From Candidatus Bathyarchaeia archaeon (lineage in GTDB: Archaea; Thermoproteota; CALKCG01; B24), in NCBI GenBank assembly GCA_038870975.1, contig JAVZJD010000002.1, forward strand, positions 32,001 through 96,000: DNA of 64,000 bases, read 5' to 3'. The notes beneath the pieces are model-generated. The model worked only from the letters and a program-made list of their open reading frames with translations. It searched no databases and was not told where the DNA came from. Shown one piece after another: positions 19,381-28,947 of this stretch; position 1 is the stretch's first letter; each line of letters starts with the position of its first letter. The position numbers were made by a program, and so were the translations under genes.

Positions 19381-19514
19381 TTTTCAACCTCCCTCTAAAT
19401 ACTAACACCTCTTTCGATTTTCTTCACATCGTGCTTCTACTTAAAAAATAGGTGGATTAAAATTCTGAAGAAATGTTTACATACCAAATCCAGCATTTCT
19501 ATAGGTGTCGTCAC

Positions 19515-20816
19515 ATGTCAAACGCTATCGATAGAGGTAAGATTGAGGCTTTAAAGAGTATGTTGCTTAGTCTGCATAAGGGTGAATCTATAGAAGAGTT
19601 GAAGCGTAAGTTTAAGGGCGTCCTTGAAACTATTTCTCCCATTGAAATATCTCTGGTTGAGCAGGAGCTTGTTAGGGAAGGCGTATCCATCTCAGAGATA
19701 CTTAGGCTATGTGATTTACACGTAGAGCTCATCAGGGATACGTTACGCTCTAGTTTACTTATGGATGTGCCTAAAGGGCATCCCGTAAGCCTTATTTCTA
19801 GGGAAAATGAACATATTACTAAGCTTGCTGAAGCTTTAAACGTTTATGCTGGAGCTCTGAGTAAAGCCAGCTCAGGAGAAGCCGAAAGCCATCTAAAAGC
19901 TATCAGCAACATATTAGCCGAGCTGAGAAAATCTAGATTGCATTATAGAAAGATTCAGATGTTAATATTTCCATATCTTGAGAGGAGGGGTATAACAGCT
20001 ATTCCAAGGGTTTTATGGGGCAGAGAAGACCAGATAATTGTTAAACTTAGGGAACTATCCACGCTTGTGGAGAAAGAGTTAACTCATCCTAAAGAATACC
20101 CCAATATAGCTGAAAAAGCAATGGAGGTTTCTAGGGAGATATCTGACCTCATTTTCAGGGAGGAGAGGATTTTACTACCAGCAGTATGGATTCTTCTATC
20201 TGAGGGGGAGTGGGTGGCTATACATGAAGCCGCTAAAGATATAGGGTATCTAATACCCATCGACGTAGAGTGGGCATCTAGAGCTAAGCCACTACTACCG
20301 TATGAAGTTAACGGGGTCGTTACACGAGAGCAGGTTGAAAGTCTTCCACAAGAGTTTAAATTCGCTGCTTTAGCCCCGGACACGTACGAAGTTAGGTCTG
20401 AAGAGGATCTAGAGTTTGAAACAGGCTTCCTGAGTAAAGATGAAGTTGAAGCCATATTTAGGCATCTACCAATCGAGGTGACGTATGCCGATGTCAATGA
20501 TAGGGTTACATTCTTCTCCCAAAGCATCTTTAGAAAGGGATTCGCTAGAACAAAAACAATTATCGGCAGGAGACTTGGATATTGCCATCCACCTAGACTT
20601 GAACATTTCGTTAAAAGCAACGTTGACGATCTTAAAGCTGGAAAATCGGATTATAAGGAGTATTGGACTAAGCTTGGAGATAGAACAATTAGGGTCATCA
20701 TAGCCGCAGTTAGAGATAAAGATGGGAAGTATCTTGGGACTCTAGAGATTGTTGAAGACCTAACCGAAATAGTGAATAATCCAGATGAGATTAAGGGGAA
20801 GATAGTTACCCTATAA
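19515..20816 (+). CDS. DUF438 + hemerythrin-like + PAS domain protein
   Basis: VEQELVREG..LCDLH, GHPV, HYRKIQMLIFP, LPIEVTYAD..CHPP; ATG 19515 has an AGGTG RBS. Confidence 0.85.
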   Translation: MSNAIDRGKIEALKSMLLSLHKGESIEELKRKFKGVLETISPIEISLVEQELVREGVSISEILRLCDLHVELIRDTLRSSLLMDVPKGHPVSLISRENEHITKLAEALNVYAGALSKASSGEAESHLKAISNILAELRKSRLHYRKIQMLIFPYLERRGITAIPRVLWGREDQIIVKLRELSTLVEKELTHPKEYPNIAEKAMEVSREISDLIFREERILLPAVWILLSEGEWVAIHEAAKDIGYLIPIDVEWASRAKPLLPYEVNGVVTREQVESLPQEFKFAALAPDTYEVRSEEDLEFETGFLSKDEVEAIFRHLPIEVTYADVNDRVTFFSQSIFRKGFARTKTIIGRRLGYCHPPRLEHFVKSNVDDLKAGKSDYKEYWTKLGDRTIRVIIAAVRDKDGKYLGTLEIVEDLTEIVNNPDEIKGKIVTL

Positions 20817-20958
20817 ATACGATCTCAGTATTTGGGTTTAGCCATAGGTATGCAATTCCACCCATCAAGAGGAAATCGTCAAAGTAGCTTATATAGGTAG
20901 GACTAACGCGGAGAGAAGCCACCTAGAAAGGCCGTGAAATAAGGGAATTAAAAATCTT

Positions 20959-21138
20959 CTACTGGTAGTTGGTAGAGTCATACATTCGAACAGCATGACT
21001 TGTAATCTCTAAAGAACAGGAATAATACTTAGAGCAGAACTCCTCACATTTTTCAGCCCAAGTCTCCTCTCTATAGGCGAGACTACACTCTTCACAAATG
21101 TATAAGGACTCACCTTTCCTCTCTACCCTCTTCACCAT
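20959..21138 (-). CDS. 59-aa Cys-rich metal-binding protein (absent from the ORF track)
   Basis: MVKRVERKGESLYICEECSLAYREETWAEKCEEFCSKYYSCSLEITSHAVRMYDSTNYQ; GAGG RBS, starts 23 bp after the acr3 stop. Confidence 0.75.
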   Translation of the reverse strand: MVKRVERKGESLYICEECSLAYREETWAEKCEEFCSKYYSCSLEITSHAVRMYDSTNYQ

Positions 21139-21161
21139 GATAGTTAGACGCCTCCTACCAA

Positions 21162-22184
21162 TTAAGAATCTACGCTAGAGAAATATTTTCTGGTTTTTAA
21201 GGCTATTTTCACGAATGTCAGCATAGACGGGACCTCCCATAATGGGCCGACTACTGTTGCTAAGGCTGCCTCTGAACTAGCACCGAAAACGACTGTAGCT
21301 GTTGCTATGGCAACCTCAAATTGAGTACCTGAGCTTATAAAAGCGATGGTTGAGGCATCTTTATAATTGAATTTTAAGAGCCAAGGTATAATGTAGAAAA
21401 GGGAGGACATAATAAAGAAATGTAGTAGCAATGGTATTGAAACCAAGCCTACTAAAAGAGGCTGATCAGCAATCGCTCCACCCTTTAAGGAGAAAAGCAT
21501 TATAACAGTAATTAGTAAAGCTAGAGCCGCAGTATTCCCTATAAGTGGGCGAAATTTGTTATCAAACCACTCTTCCCCCTTTCTTGAGACGAGAATTTTT
21601 CGCGACATTTGCCCTGTAATTAATGGTAGACCGACAAACAGAATCACACTCTTTGTAATTAGTGTTATTGGAACTGGTATTCCTCCGATTCTGAGGTAGA
21701 AAGCTGCAAGAGGTGCATAAAGTATTAGAGTCGATAAAGCATTTATCGCGGTTATCACGATACCTTTAGCTACGTCGCCCTGCGCCAGTAGAATCCAGAA
21801 TAAAACCATCCCGGTGCATGGCGCTATTCCAAGCAGAATAACACCAGACGCGTATCCTGGATAGCTACTTAAGAATAAGTGTGCCAGTAGAGCCATGAGC
21901 GCTGGGGCGACAGCCCAATTACCTATTAACGTAAGGATTGTGGGTTTGGGAGACTTAGCAGCTTTCACTATCTCCTCAAACTTTATGTTCACCATTGTTG
22001 GATACATTAGGAGGAAGAGACATACCCCCATGGGAATCGATATATCCCAAACCTGAAGAGACCCAATCCATAAACCTAACTCTGGAAAGAACCTACCTAA
22101 TAGAAAGCCGGCAATCATGCTAAGAACAACCCACAGCGTAAGGTATTTTTCAAATGAACCTAAAACTGTTCGACTTTCAGACAT
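21162..22184 (-). CDS. acr3: Arsenite efflux transporter Acr3
   Basis: EKYLTLWV, LMYPTM, GIAPCTGMV, FEVAIATA, LATVVGPLWEVP. Confidence 0.92.
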   Translation of the reverse strand: MSESRTVLGSFEKYLTLWVVLSMIAGFLLGRFFPELGLWIGSLQVWDISIPMGVCLFLLMYPTMVNIKFEEIVKAAKSPKPTILTLIGNWAVAPALMALLAHLFLSSYPGYASGVILLGIAPCTGMVLFWILLAQGDVAKGIVITAINALSTLILYAPLAAFYLRIGGIPVPITLITKSVILFVGLPLITGQMSRKILVSRKGEEWFDNKFRPLIGNTAALALLITVIMLFSLKGGAIADQPLLVGLVSIPLLLHFFIMSSLFYIIPWLLKFNYKDASTIAFISSGTQFEVAIATATVVFGASSEAALATVVGPLWEVPSMLTFVKIALKTRKYFSSVDS

Positions 22185-22211
22185 GCTTGCCTCCTCTACT
22201 GACCATCCGTT

Positions 22212-23447
22212 TTAATGGGTCTCCTTAACTTTATCCGCAAGCAATCTGCCAATCTCTACAACCCGTTTAAGAATCTCTTCAGTAGGTGGACCGTTCACCT
22301 CTAACACATCGACAACCTCAACCTTAAACTGTCCAAGCAACTCTTGCATATGTTTCACCGCACTCCCACCCCAGCCGTAAGAGCTTAAGAATACGGCGTA
22401 CTTTGTCGGTGGACGTAAAACCCTCATGAGATATGCAACATAAACAGCCAACGGATGAGCACCGCCTAAAACAGTTGAACCACCTAAAACAACAGCTCTA
22501 GAGTCTACAAGGTCTTTAATAAGGTCTCCAACATCGGTCACCGTTAAATTGTGAAGAACCACTTCAATACCTTCCCCAGCGAGTACCTCAGCCATCTGCT
22601 CAGCCATATGCTTAGTACTATCCCACATACTCACATAAATTATCGACACCTTTCGCTTAGTTTCACCATTCACCCACTTCCTATAAGCATCTAGAATGAC
22701 CTCAGGCTTCCTATGAATAGGTCCGTGGCTCGGAGCTATCACTTTAACGTCTAAGTCCTTCAACTTTTCCAACCCCCTCTGTGCCATGGCTCTAAAAGGC
22801 ATCATTATCTCACCCCAATACTTTTGAGCATGTATGAGTAGATCTTCAACATCATCGCCATAGATTCCCTCAGCTAAGTGAGAGCCGAAGAAATCGCATG
22901 AAAAAAGTATTCCATCCTCTTCAACGTAGGTAAACATCGTTTCGGGCCAGTGAAGCATAGGCGCCTCTATAAAACGTAGAGTTTTCCCACCGAGGCTTAA
23001 CCTCTCTTGATCGGCAACCATCTTCATCCTCTCCTCTGAAACATTGTAAAAAATTCGAGCCATTTTTACCCCTCTACTTGTCGCTACAAGCTTAGCCTTC
23101 GTAGCGACCTTCATCAGATATGGTATAGCACCCGCATGATCGGGCTCAGCATGATTCATCACAATATATTCTATTTCCCCGGGATCTACTAGACTACGGA
23201 TCTTTCTTTCAAGCTCTCGCTCGAAACCTGGGTTCACCGTATCTATTAACGCATTCTTCTCTTCCCCCAGCACAAGATAGGCATTATAAGACGTTCCTCT
23301 TGGAAGAGGAATTAAAGCATCGAAAAGCCTACGGTTCCAGTCTTTTACACCAACCCAGTAGACGTTTCTTGAAATCCTAAAAACGTTCCCCTCAATCGTA
23401 TAATCATCACCACATACTGTAGTGGATGAAAACAGGTATTTAAGCAT
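22212..23447 (-). CDS. fprA: Flavodiiron protein (FprA family O2/NO reductase)
   Basis: GTSYNAY, NHAEPDH, LHWPE, SCDFFG, APSHG, flavodoxin YVSMWDST; exact start uncertain. Confidence 0.9.
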   Translation of the reverse strand: MLKYLFSSTTVCGDDYTIEGNVFRISRNVYWVGVKDWNRRLFDALIPLPRGTSYNAYLVLGEEKNALIDTVNPGFERELERKIRSLVDPGEIEYIVMNHAEPDHAGAIPYLMKVATKAKLVATSRGVKMARIFYNVSEERMKMVADQERLSLGGKTLRFIEAPMLHWPETMFTYVEEDGILFSCDFFGSHLAEGIYGDDVEDLLIHAQKYWGEIMMPFRAMAQRGLEKLKDLDVKVIAPSHGPIHRKPEVILDAYRKWVNGETKRKVSIIYVSMWDSTKHMAEQMAEVLAGEGIEVVLHNLTVTDVGDLIKDLVDSRAVVLGGSTVLGGAHPLAVYVAYLMRVLRPPTKYAVFLSSYGWGGSAVKHMQELLGQFKVEVVDVLEVNGPPTEEILKRVVEIGRLLADKVKETH

Positions 23448-23778
23448 GATTTAATACATGTAGATGAAGAGTTAAAGGAAGTAATCATAGATGGATAGGA
23501 GATAACATTTTTCCCTAGATTTTTCTGGTTTTCAAGGCTTTATTCGTCGGTTTAAAGTTTATCGAGAAATTGAAACTACTCCTTGATGGCATCGGAGTTG
23601 ACGTGCATAATTGGCTAGTGTCTTTCACCCAGCAGATTTTTTAAAGACTCTGGGGCAAGTAAACATTTGTTTCATCATAGAGGTGAAGTAGAATAAACCT
23701 CACCTGTTTTCAGTTGATGAAAGCATATTTCTGAAGATTATGGGCTTAGCAGTACATTCTCTTTGGGCGTTTGACCAG

Positions 23779-24267
23779 TTAAACGGTAGACCTTTTAATC
23801 TTAGGAAGAGTTTCAATAGTAAACTTGGCGATTTGTTCTTTTGTAAGTCCGTACTCCCCATTCAACTTACTTATTTTACCCTGTTTAAACATAGATGCAA
23901 GAGTATTATAGACTGTTTTCAAGGCTTTATTCGTTGTTTTAGCGAGCTCAGACGGTGTCAAAGACTCTTTACTCAGTTTTCCAAGTCTAAAACCTAAGTA
24001 GGCTCCTACTAAGCTCAGCATTATAGCGTCTTCAGCGGATAAATCCGTTCTCTTAAGAACTACTCCATTATCTGTTACTTGGAGAAATTCAGAACATTCT
24101 CTGATAAGCGTGTCAAAGTTGGGCTCGAAGACTATTTTCGAAATCGCCTCATAAGACGGGTATACTTTAGAAAGCCATTCAAAGAAAGCCCTTAAAACAA
24201 CGTCAGACTCGCCTTTGAAAGTTGCTTCTAAAGAGCCTATTTTAACATTCAACTCTATACTACTCAA
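23779..24267 (-). CDS. Winged-helix protein, paralog 4
   Basis: N-terminal IELNVKIGSLEATFKG; C-terminal LTPSELAKTTNKALKTVYNTLASMFKQGKI..YGLT; TTG after GGTGA. Confidence 0.75.
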   Translation of the reverse strand: MSSIELNVKIGSLEATFKGESDVVLRAFFEWLSKVYPSYEAISKIVFEPNFDTLIRECSEFLQVTDNGVVLKRTDLSAEDAIMLSLVGAYLGFRLGKLSKESLTPSELAKTTNKALKTVYNTLASMFKQGKISKLNGEYGLTKEQIAKFTIETLPKIKRSTV

Positions 24268-24757
24268 CAAGTTCACCTTTAAGCCTAGGTGCAACTTCAC
24301 TTATGAAGTACTTCAACCCCTTCGAAGTAATCCTATATTCGCCTCTTTCCACCTTCTCGACAAGATAACCATTCTGAAGCTCACTAAGTCTAGCGCTGAT
24401 AGAACTTTTAGATTTACCCAATCTTCCAGAGATCTCTTCAAGTGAAAGTGAAGCCTTATCGGATTTGCCGAATAGGTAGGCGAGATATTTAACGATCAAA
24501 ACTAGTAGACAGCCTTCGAAAATAGTCAACTTCTTCATATCGGCTAAAACAGTGGGTTCAGGATGTACTGTAACTAAATCCTTTAAACCCTTGGAGACCT
24601 CCTCTAAATCCAAGCTTAGAGTCAAATTTTTCACAAGGCTGAAAGTCGGATAGACGTCTGATATGAATTTGATAAGACTTCTCAAAACCTGCTCGGCATC
24701 CCCTGAAAACTCCAACTCTCCACCCTGGAATGAGACTTTAACTTTAACCTCGCTCAT
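24260..24757 (-). CDS. Winged-helix protein, paralog 3
   Basis: VKVKVSFQGGELEFSG; LSLEEISGRLGKSKSSISARLSELQNGYLVEKVERGEYRIT. Confidence 0.8.
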   Translation of the reverse strand: MSEVKVKVSFQGGELEFSGDAEQVLRSLIKFISDVYPTFSLVKNLTLSLDLEEVSKGLKDLVTVHPEPTVLADMKKLTIFEGCLLVLIVKYLAYLFGKSDKASLSLEEISGRLGKSKSSISARLSELQNGYLVEKVERGEYRITSKGLKYFISEVAPRLKGELVE

Positions 24758-25302
24758 AACATTCCTCCCCTAATCTTTGGGATAATCATCTTCTCAACCC
24801 ACATTTGACCTTGAGCTGAAAGCTTCCACACGACATCCTTCGGGTCAGGCTTGAAAACTCTACCCGATTCAGCCATCTCCTTAAGTCTAGCTGACACGTT
24901 TGAAACCTTAAAGCCCGAATTCTGCAAAAGTAGAGCTATAGTTTTAGGGTCAGACTTCTGCTCTTTAAATGCATAAAGTAGCAAACCTATAGCTTCATAC
25001 TGGCTTAACTTAGCCTTCTCCGAAGCCACTATCAAAGGACCGTCAACGCTCCACTCAATCAAACCCTCTAATAGGTTAGATGTCTGTGGAGCCTTTTCAG
25101 CAGCCTCGAAATGCTTGAACGTAGAAGGCTGAAAATCCTCTACAGTCAAACTACTTTTAAGTAACTCCTTAAAACCCATTGAAGAAGCTTCTTCTAAAGC
25201 CGTTTTAACAAGGCTGAGCTTTTCACGGAGTTCTTCAACCGTTGAAAACTCAAACTCTAGAGAGCCAAACCAAGACCGGAAGATCGCTTTTACTCCGCTC
25301 AT
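24754..25302 (-). CDS. Winged-helix protein, paralog 2
   Basis: VKAIFRSWFGSLEFEF; VSARLKEMAESGRVFK..WKLSAQG. Confidence 0.75.
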   Translation of the reverse strand: MSGVKAIFRSWFGSLEFEFSTVEELREKLSLVKTALEEASSMGFKELLKSSLTVEDFQPSTFKHFEAAEKAPQTSNLLEGLIEWSVDGPLIVASEKAKLSQYEAIGLLLYAFKEQKSDPKTIALLLQNSGFKVSNVSARLKEMAESGRVFKPDPKDVVWKLSAQGQMWVEKMIIPKIRGGML

Positions 25303-25390
25303 ATCTGTAGAAAAGATTAGATAAACCAGTATATAAATCTATTCAAAAAATCCTTTAAAATTCCCATATTTAAAAACACTTACATAACCT

Positions 25391-25489
25391 TTTTACCATA
25401 ATTTTCACGGATAAAAAAGGCGTGGTAAAATATTTAGGAATAAACTAGGAAAATTTTATTTAAATTCTACATGGTTTTATCCATAAAAC
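25391..25489. promoter_or_regulatory. Cluster of inverted repeats in the AT-rich spacer of the wHTH locus
   Basis: TTTTACCA/TGGTAAAA (25391-25430), GTTTTATCCATAAAAC (25474-25489), related TTTTCACGGATAAAA (25402-25416). Confidence 0.4.
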
Positions 25490-25526
25490 AGTTAATATTT
25501 CCTCCATTGAATACTTAAGTGAAAAC

Positions 25527-25931
25527 TCACAAACTTGGAGGCTTCTTCTGAATATACACGTATTTACCCTTTCTACCGCCTCTATACAGTATATCGCTTC
25601 TAACTAAATCAGCTAAAGTATGCGCAACAGCAGTCCTATCGTAGTGGAAGCCACGTTTACTGAGCTCTTCATGAACATCGCTGAGCGTCCTCCCAGTACT
25701 AAACCATCCGGTCCTCCAAAGATTGAGTAGAACACCCCTGCAAGTTGATGGAGTGGGCTCTTTAACAATTTCAAACTCAGGCTTACTAAGCTCTCTATCC
25801 AGTAGAGAGACGTTTTGAAATGCACTTAGAAATTCTTCAACAGTCTTCTTAAGCTGGTCTTCTCTACACTCAATCTCTGCTTCGACTCCTTGATACTTTA
25901 ACTTTATCCTGACTTTTCTATCGGATTCCAT
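25527..25931 (-). CDS. Winged-helix protein, paralog 1
   Basis: VRIKLKYQGVEAEIEC; GWFSTGRTLSDVHEELSKRG..VAHTLADLVRSDILYRGGRKGKYVY; ATG 25931 preferred as start. Confidence 0.75.
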   Translation of the reverse strand: MESDRKVRIKLKYQGVEAEIECREDQLKKTVEEFLSAFQNVSLLDRELSKPEFEIVKEPTPSTCRGVLLNLWRTGWFSTGRTLSDVHEELSKRGFHYDRTAVAHTLADLVRSDILYRGGRKGKYVYIQKKPPSL

Positions 25932-26008
25932 ATTCAACCACTTTGTTGATTGAACAATCAACAACAACACTTATAAGGGAGTACATCTACATATAGAGTG
26001 GTGATTGC

Positions 26009-27157
26009 ATGGATATAAACATTTCCCCCTCAACAAATCACTCTAAGGATGACCCTCAAAGTCTCCCATGGCTTAAAGAAATGCCCTACGTAAAACTCTA
26101 CCAAGAACTCGTCGACACAGGTACAGAGCTACTTCTCAATAGGCTTAAAACATATAGAAAAGAAGTTTACAAACTGGTAGATGAAGTCAAAAACAGGTTA
26201 AAAATATATAAAGCTGTTTACGACAAAGATGGACCTGCTTCTTCTAGAATAATCGGAGTAGATGCAGGGAGAAACGGAACAGAGTACAAATTCGCATACA
26301 TACCCCTATATGGAGCTATTGCGGTTCTAGTTGAAAACTGGGAGATTGTAGATGAACCACTGTGTGTAACAGGACCACCGGACGTATGGGCTTCAGAATT
26401 AGACCCAGATAAGCGTGAAAGTCTTCTACACATGGCTTTGGAATACCACGTAGCTACTAGAGCCGTAGAAAAGTGGAAACCAGACTATCTTCTACTTGAT
26501 GGGGGGATAGTACTCAACCCTAAACTCTACCCAGATTTCCAAGTTTCACCACAGTATGAAGGAGACTTCTACTTCACAGTCATTACTGTCCTCGAACTTT
26601 TAAATACCTGTAGGAAACTCCACGTTCCAGTTTTAGGCTTCGTTAAGCGTACACATATGAACTTCTACTCTTCATTCATGAGGAACAGTCAGATTAGAGA
26701 CTCAACACTGATGAACTTCATACTTAAAGAAGGCGAATACTCTGAACCCTTCAAAGTTGAAAACATAGTGGCTGAATCCTACAGAACTGTGGCTGAAAGC
26801 CTAAAATACGATAAAAGCCTTCCAGTCATATACTCAAGTTACATAAAGACGAGTTCAGCCCCGTTCAGAGTGGAGGTTCCAATGTTCTGTTTAAACAAAC
26901 TCGGAGAATTGATGTCCATCGTCTACACTATGGCAGGCTTCGACGGTATTCCATATCCTATACATGAAGCAGATAGGCTTTCAAGGATAACTAGACCAAC
27001 TTCGAACATACACTCTTTAGTACTCTACTCTAAAGCCTTAGAACTCGTCGAAAGCGGAGAAATGGAGCTTAAAGACCTAGACCTCCTAATGCTCGAGTAT
27101 GGTGAAAGCTGGACGTTAAACGGCAATCTTGAAGAACTTAGAGGTGGCGACGTTTGA
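26009..27157 (+). CDS. NurA-family nuclease
   Basis: IIGVDAG, LLLDGG, GFVKR, PFRVE, GIPYPIHEADRLSRI. Confidence 0.85.
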   Translation: MDINISPSTNHSKDDPQSLPWLKEMPYVKLYQELVDTGTELLLNRLKTYRKEVYKLVDEVKNRLKIYKAVYDKDGPASSRIIGVDAGRNGTEYKFAYIPLYGAIAVLVENWEIVDEPLCVTGPPDVWASELDPDKRESLLHMALEYHVATRAVEKWKPDYLLLDGGIVLNPKLYPDFQVSPQYEGDFYFTVITVLELLNTCRKLHVPVLGFVKRTHMNFYSSFMRNSQIRDSTLMNFILKEGEYSEPFKVENIVAESYRTVAESLKYDKSLPVIYSSYIKTSSAPFRVEVPMFCLNKLGELMSIVYTMAGFDGIPYPIHEADRLSRITRPTSNIHSLVLYSKALELVESGEMELKDLDLLMLEYGESWTLNGNLEELRGGDV

Positions 27158-28698
27158 AACAGATAGGCTACATACTGTCAGGTTGCGACCAAAGTAAAAT
27201 ATCTTTCGTAGTCATGGAGGATACCAGAGTCTACGTAAACAACTACTACTTCATAAACCATCCTTCAAGCTCAGCGGGAGAATTCAACCCAGTTTTACTG
27301 AGAGTCTATAAGATAACACCTTATAACCCTGAAATGACGATAGGAAGCTTCGGACCTATAGCTGGTAAAAAAGGTGAAAAAGCATACTACGGTAAAAAAC
27401 TCGAATATCTAGTAGCTTGGGCTGAAGTCTTAGGTTACATATCTTGGGATGGCAAATGGAGAAGACTCGAATGTAGTCCCAATACTTGGGACTCAATCTA
27501 CGAACCCACATACGAAGAACTAGAAGGATTCTTCATAAAACTCTCAAGCAAAAGCTTAACGGACAGAACAGACTTCCCAATAGCCATAGGCAGACACAGG
27601 GGTTTAAACATACCATTCCACCTAGATTTAAACGCCATAGCCAAAGGACATATTTTTGTCGCTGGAATGACTCGAAGCGGCAAGAGTACTTTTGTCTTAA
27701 ACCTTATAGCTAGAGCTCTTGAAAACGATTTAAAGCCTAGATTTATAATATTTGATAGAAGGTGCGAGTATTCCCTCCTGTCAAAATATGGAGCCACAGT
27801 ACTCCCATACCTCAGCTTCGTACCTAAAACCGAGTTGATCTCTCCAAGCCTTATAGTGTCTAGGCTTGGCTTAGATCCGAATAAGGCTGAAGGGAAGCTT
27901 CTATGTGAAGCTTTAAACTCCATGAGAGCTGACGGCTCCGATTTAACTACTAAAAACGTACTAAGAAGATGCGTAGAACTCTCCCCATACTTGGTTTCAA
28001 GAGGCAGGGATTCAATTCTATCTAAGATTAGATGGATTCTTGAGAAGCGCGGAGACACAGTATTCACGGAGGAGCATAAGCCTTTAAACATCTTAGAAGT
28101 GCTTTACGATAAACCAGCTGTAATCGTAGACTTCTCAGTCGATGCCAACATTGAAGACCAACAGCTTACCGCTAAATACTTGATACGCGAGGTTGTAAAC
28201 CACGCTATTAAGTGTAGAGCTACTGGAGATTTTGCCACAATATTTGTAATAGAAGAAGCACAGTACTTCGTACCTGAGAGAGGACTTAAAATAGAGGTTG
28301 GAAACCCTGAGAAAACAGGAGTAGATAAACAACTAATAGAAGCAATAAGTCAAGCTGGAGGATACAACGTAGGCTTTATAATAGTTACACAGAGACCTGC
28401 TTACATTTCAAAGTCAATAATATCACAGTGTAATACGATAGCGGCCTTCAGGCTTATGGCTGGCAACGACCAAGAAGCAATCATAAAATACTCTGAATAC
28501 GGAAGTGAAAGAATGAGCGACTACCTACCTGGACTGGCGGATCATGAAGCCCTCATATGGGGTATGGCGTCGCCAGTACCATTCCCAGTCACAGTAGAGA
28601 TAGATGTTAAGGACTATCCGTCTAAAACAGGAGTGACGGCTAAAGTATCATGGGAGAGGATGAACCTTAAAACATCAAACCTTAAAATCCAACATTGA
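27154..28698 (+). CDS. HerA-family ATPase (HAS-barrel + FtsK/HerA fold)
   Basis: HIFVAGMTRSGKST (Walker A), FVIEEAQ (Walker B), IVTQRP, SQCNT; start overlaps the NurA-like stop. Confidence 0.88.
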   Translation: MKQIGYILSGCDQSKISFVVMEDTRVYVNNYYFINHPSSSAGEFNPVLLRVYKITPYNPEMTIGSFGPIAGKKGEKAYYGKKLEYLVAWAEVLGYISWDGKWRRLECSPNTWDSIYEPTYEELEGFFIKLSSKSLTDRTDFPIAIGRHRGLNIPFHLDLNAIAKGHIFVAGMTRSGKSTFVLNLIARALENDLKPRFIIFDRRCEYSLLSKYGATVLPYLSFVPKTELISPSLIVSRLGLDPNKAEGKLLCEALNSMRADGSDLTTKNVLRRCVELSPYLVSRGRDSILSKIRWILEKRGDTVFTEEHKPLNILEVLYDKPAVIVDFSVDANIEDQQLTAKYLIREVVNHAIKCRATGDFATIFVIEEAQYFVPERGLKIEVGNPEKTGVDKQLIEAISQAGGYNVGFIIVTQRPAYISKSIISQCNTIAAFRLMAGNDQEAIIKYSEYGSERMSDYLPGLADHEALIWGMASPVPFPVTVEIDVKDYPSKTGVTAKVSWERMNLKTSNLKIQH

Positions 28699-28848
28699 TA
28701 TTTACCTAGAACTACTTTTGTTGCAGTACCATTAAGAGAGCTAAACTAAGCTTCATCATAATACAGAGAAAGTAAATTAGAATTCCACAGTTTGACGTAA
28801 GATTCTTAGAGTTCTACAAGTAAAGTCTTTATATTTTCCATTCAAAAG

Positions 28849-28941
28849 AAAATTCACCTGAGGAAGCTTGAAGAGGCCCGAAAAGAGATGGTGGAAGATT
28901 CAGGCATAAGCCTCGAAGACCTCATTGAAGAGATAGGCTGA
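28849..28941 (+). pseudogene. Antitoxin C-terminal remnant
   Basis: KIHLRKLEEARKEMVEDSGISLEDLIEEIG* ends 6 bp before the RelE-like gene; N-terminal part not found. Confidence 0.5.
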
Positions 28942-28947
28942 CAATAA

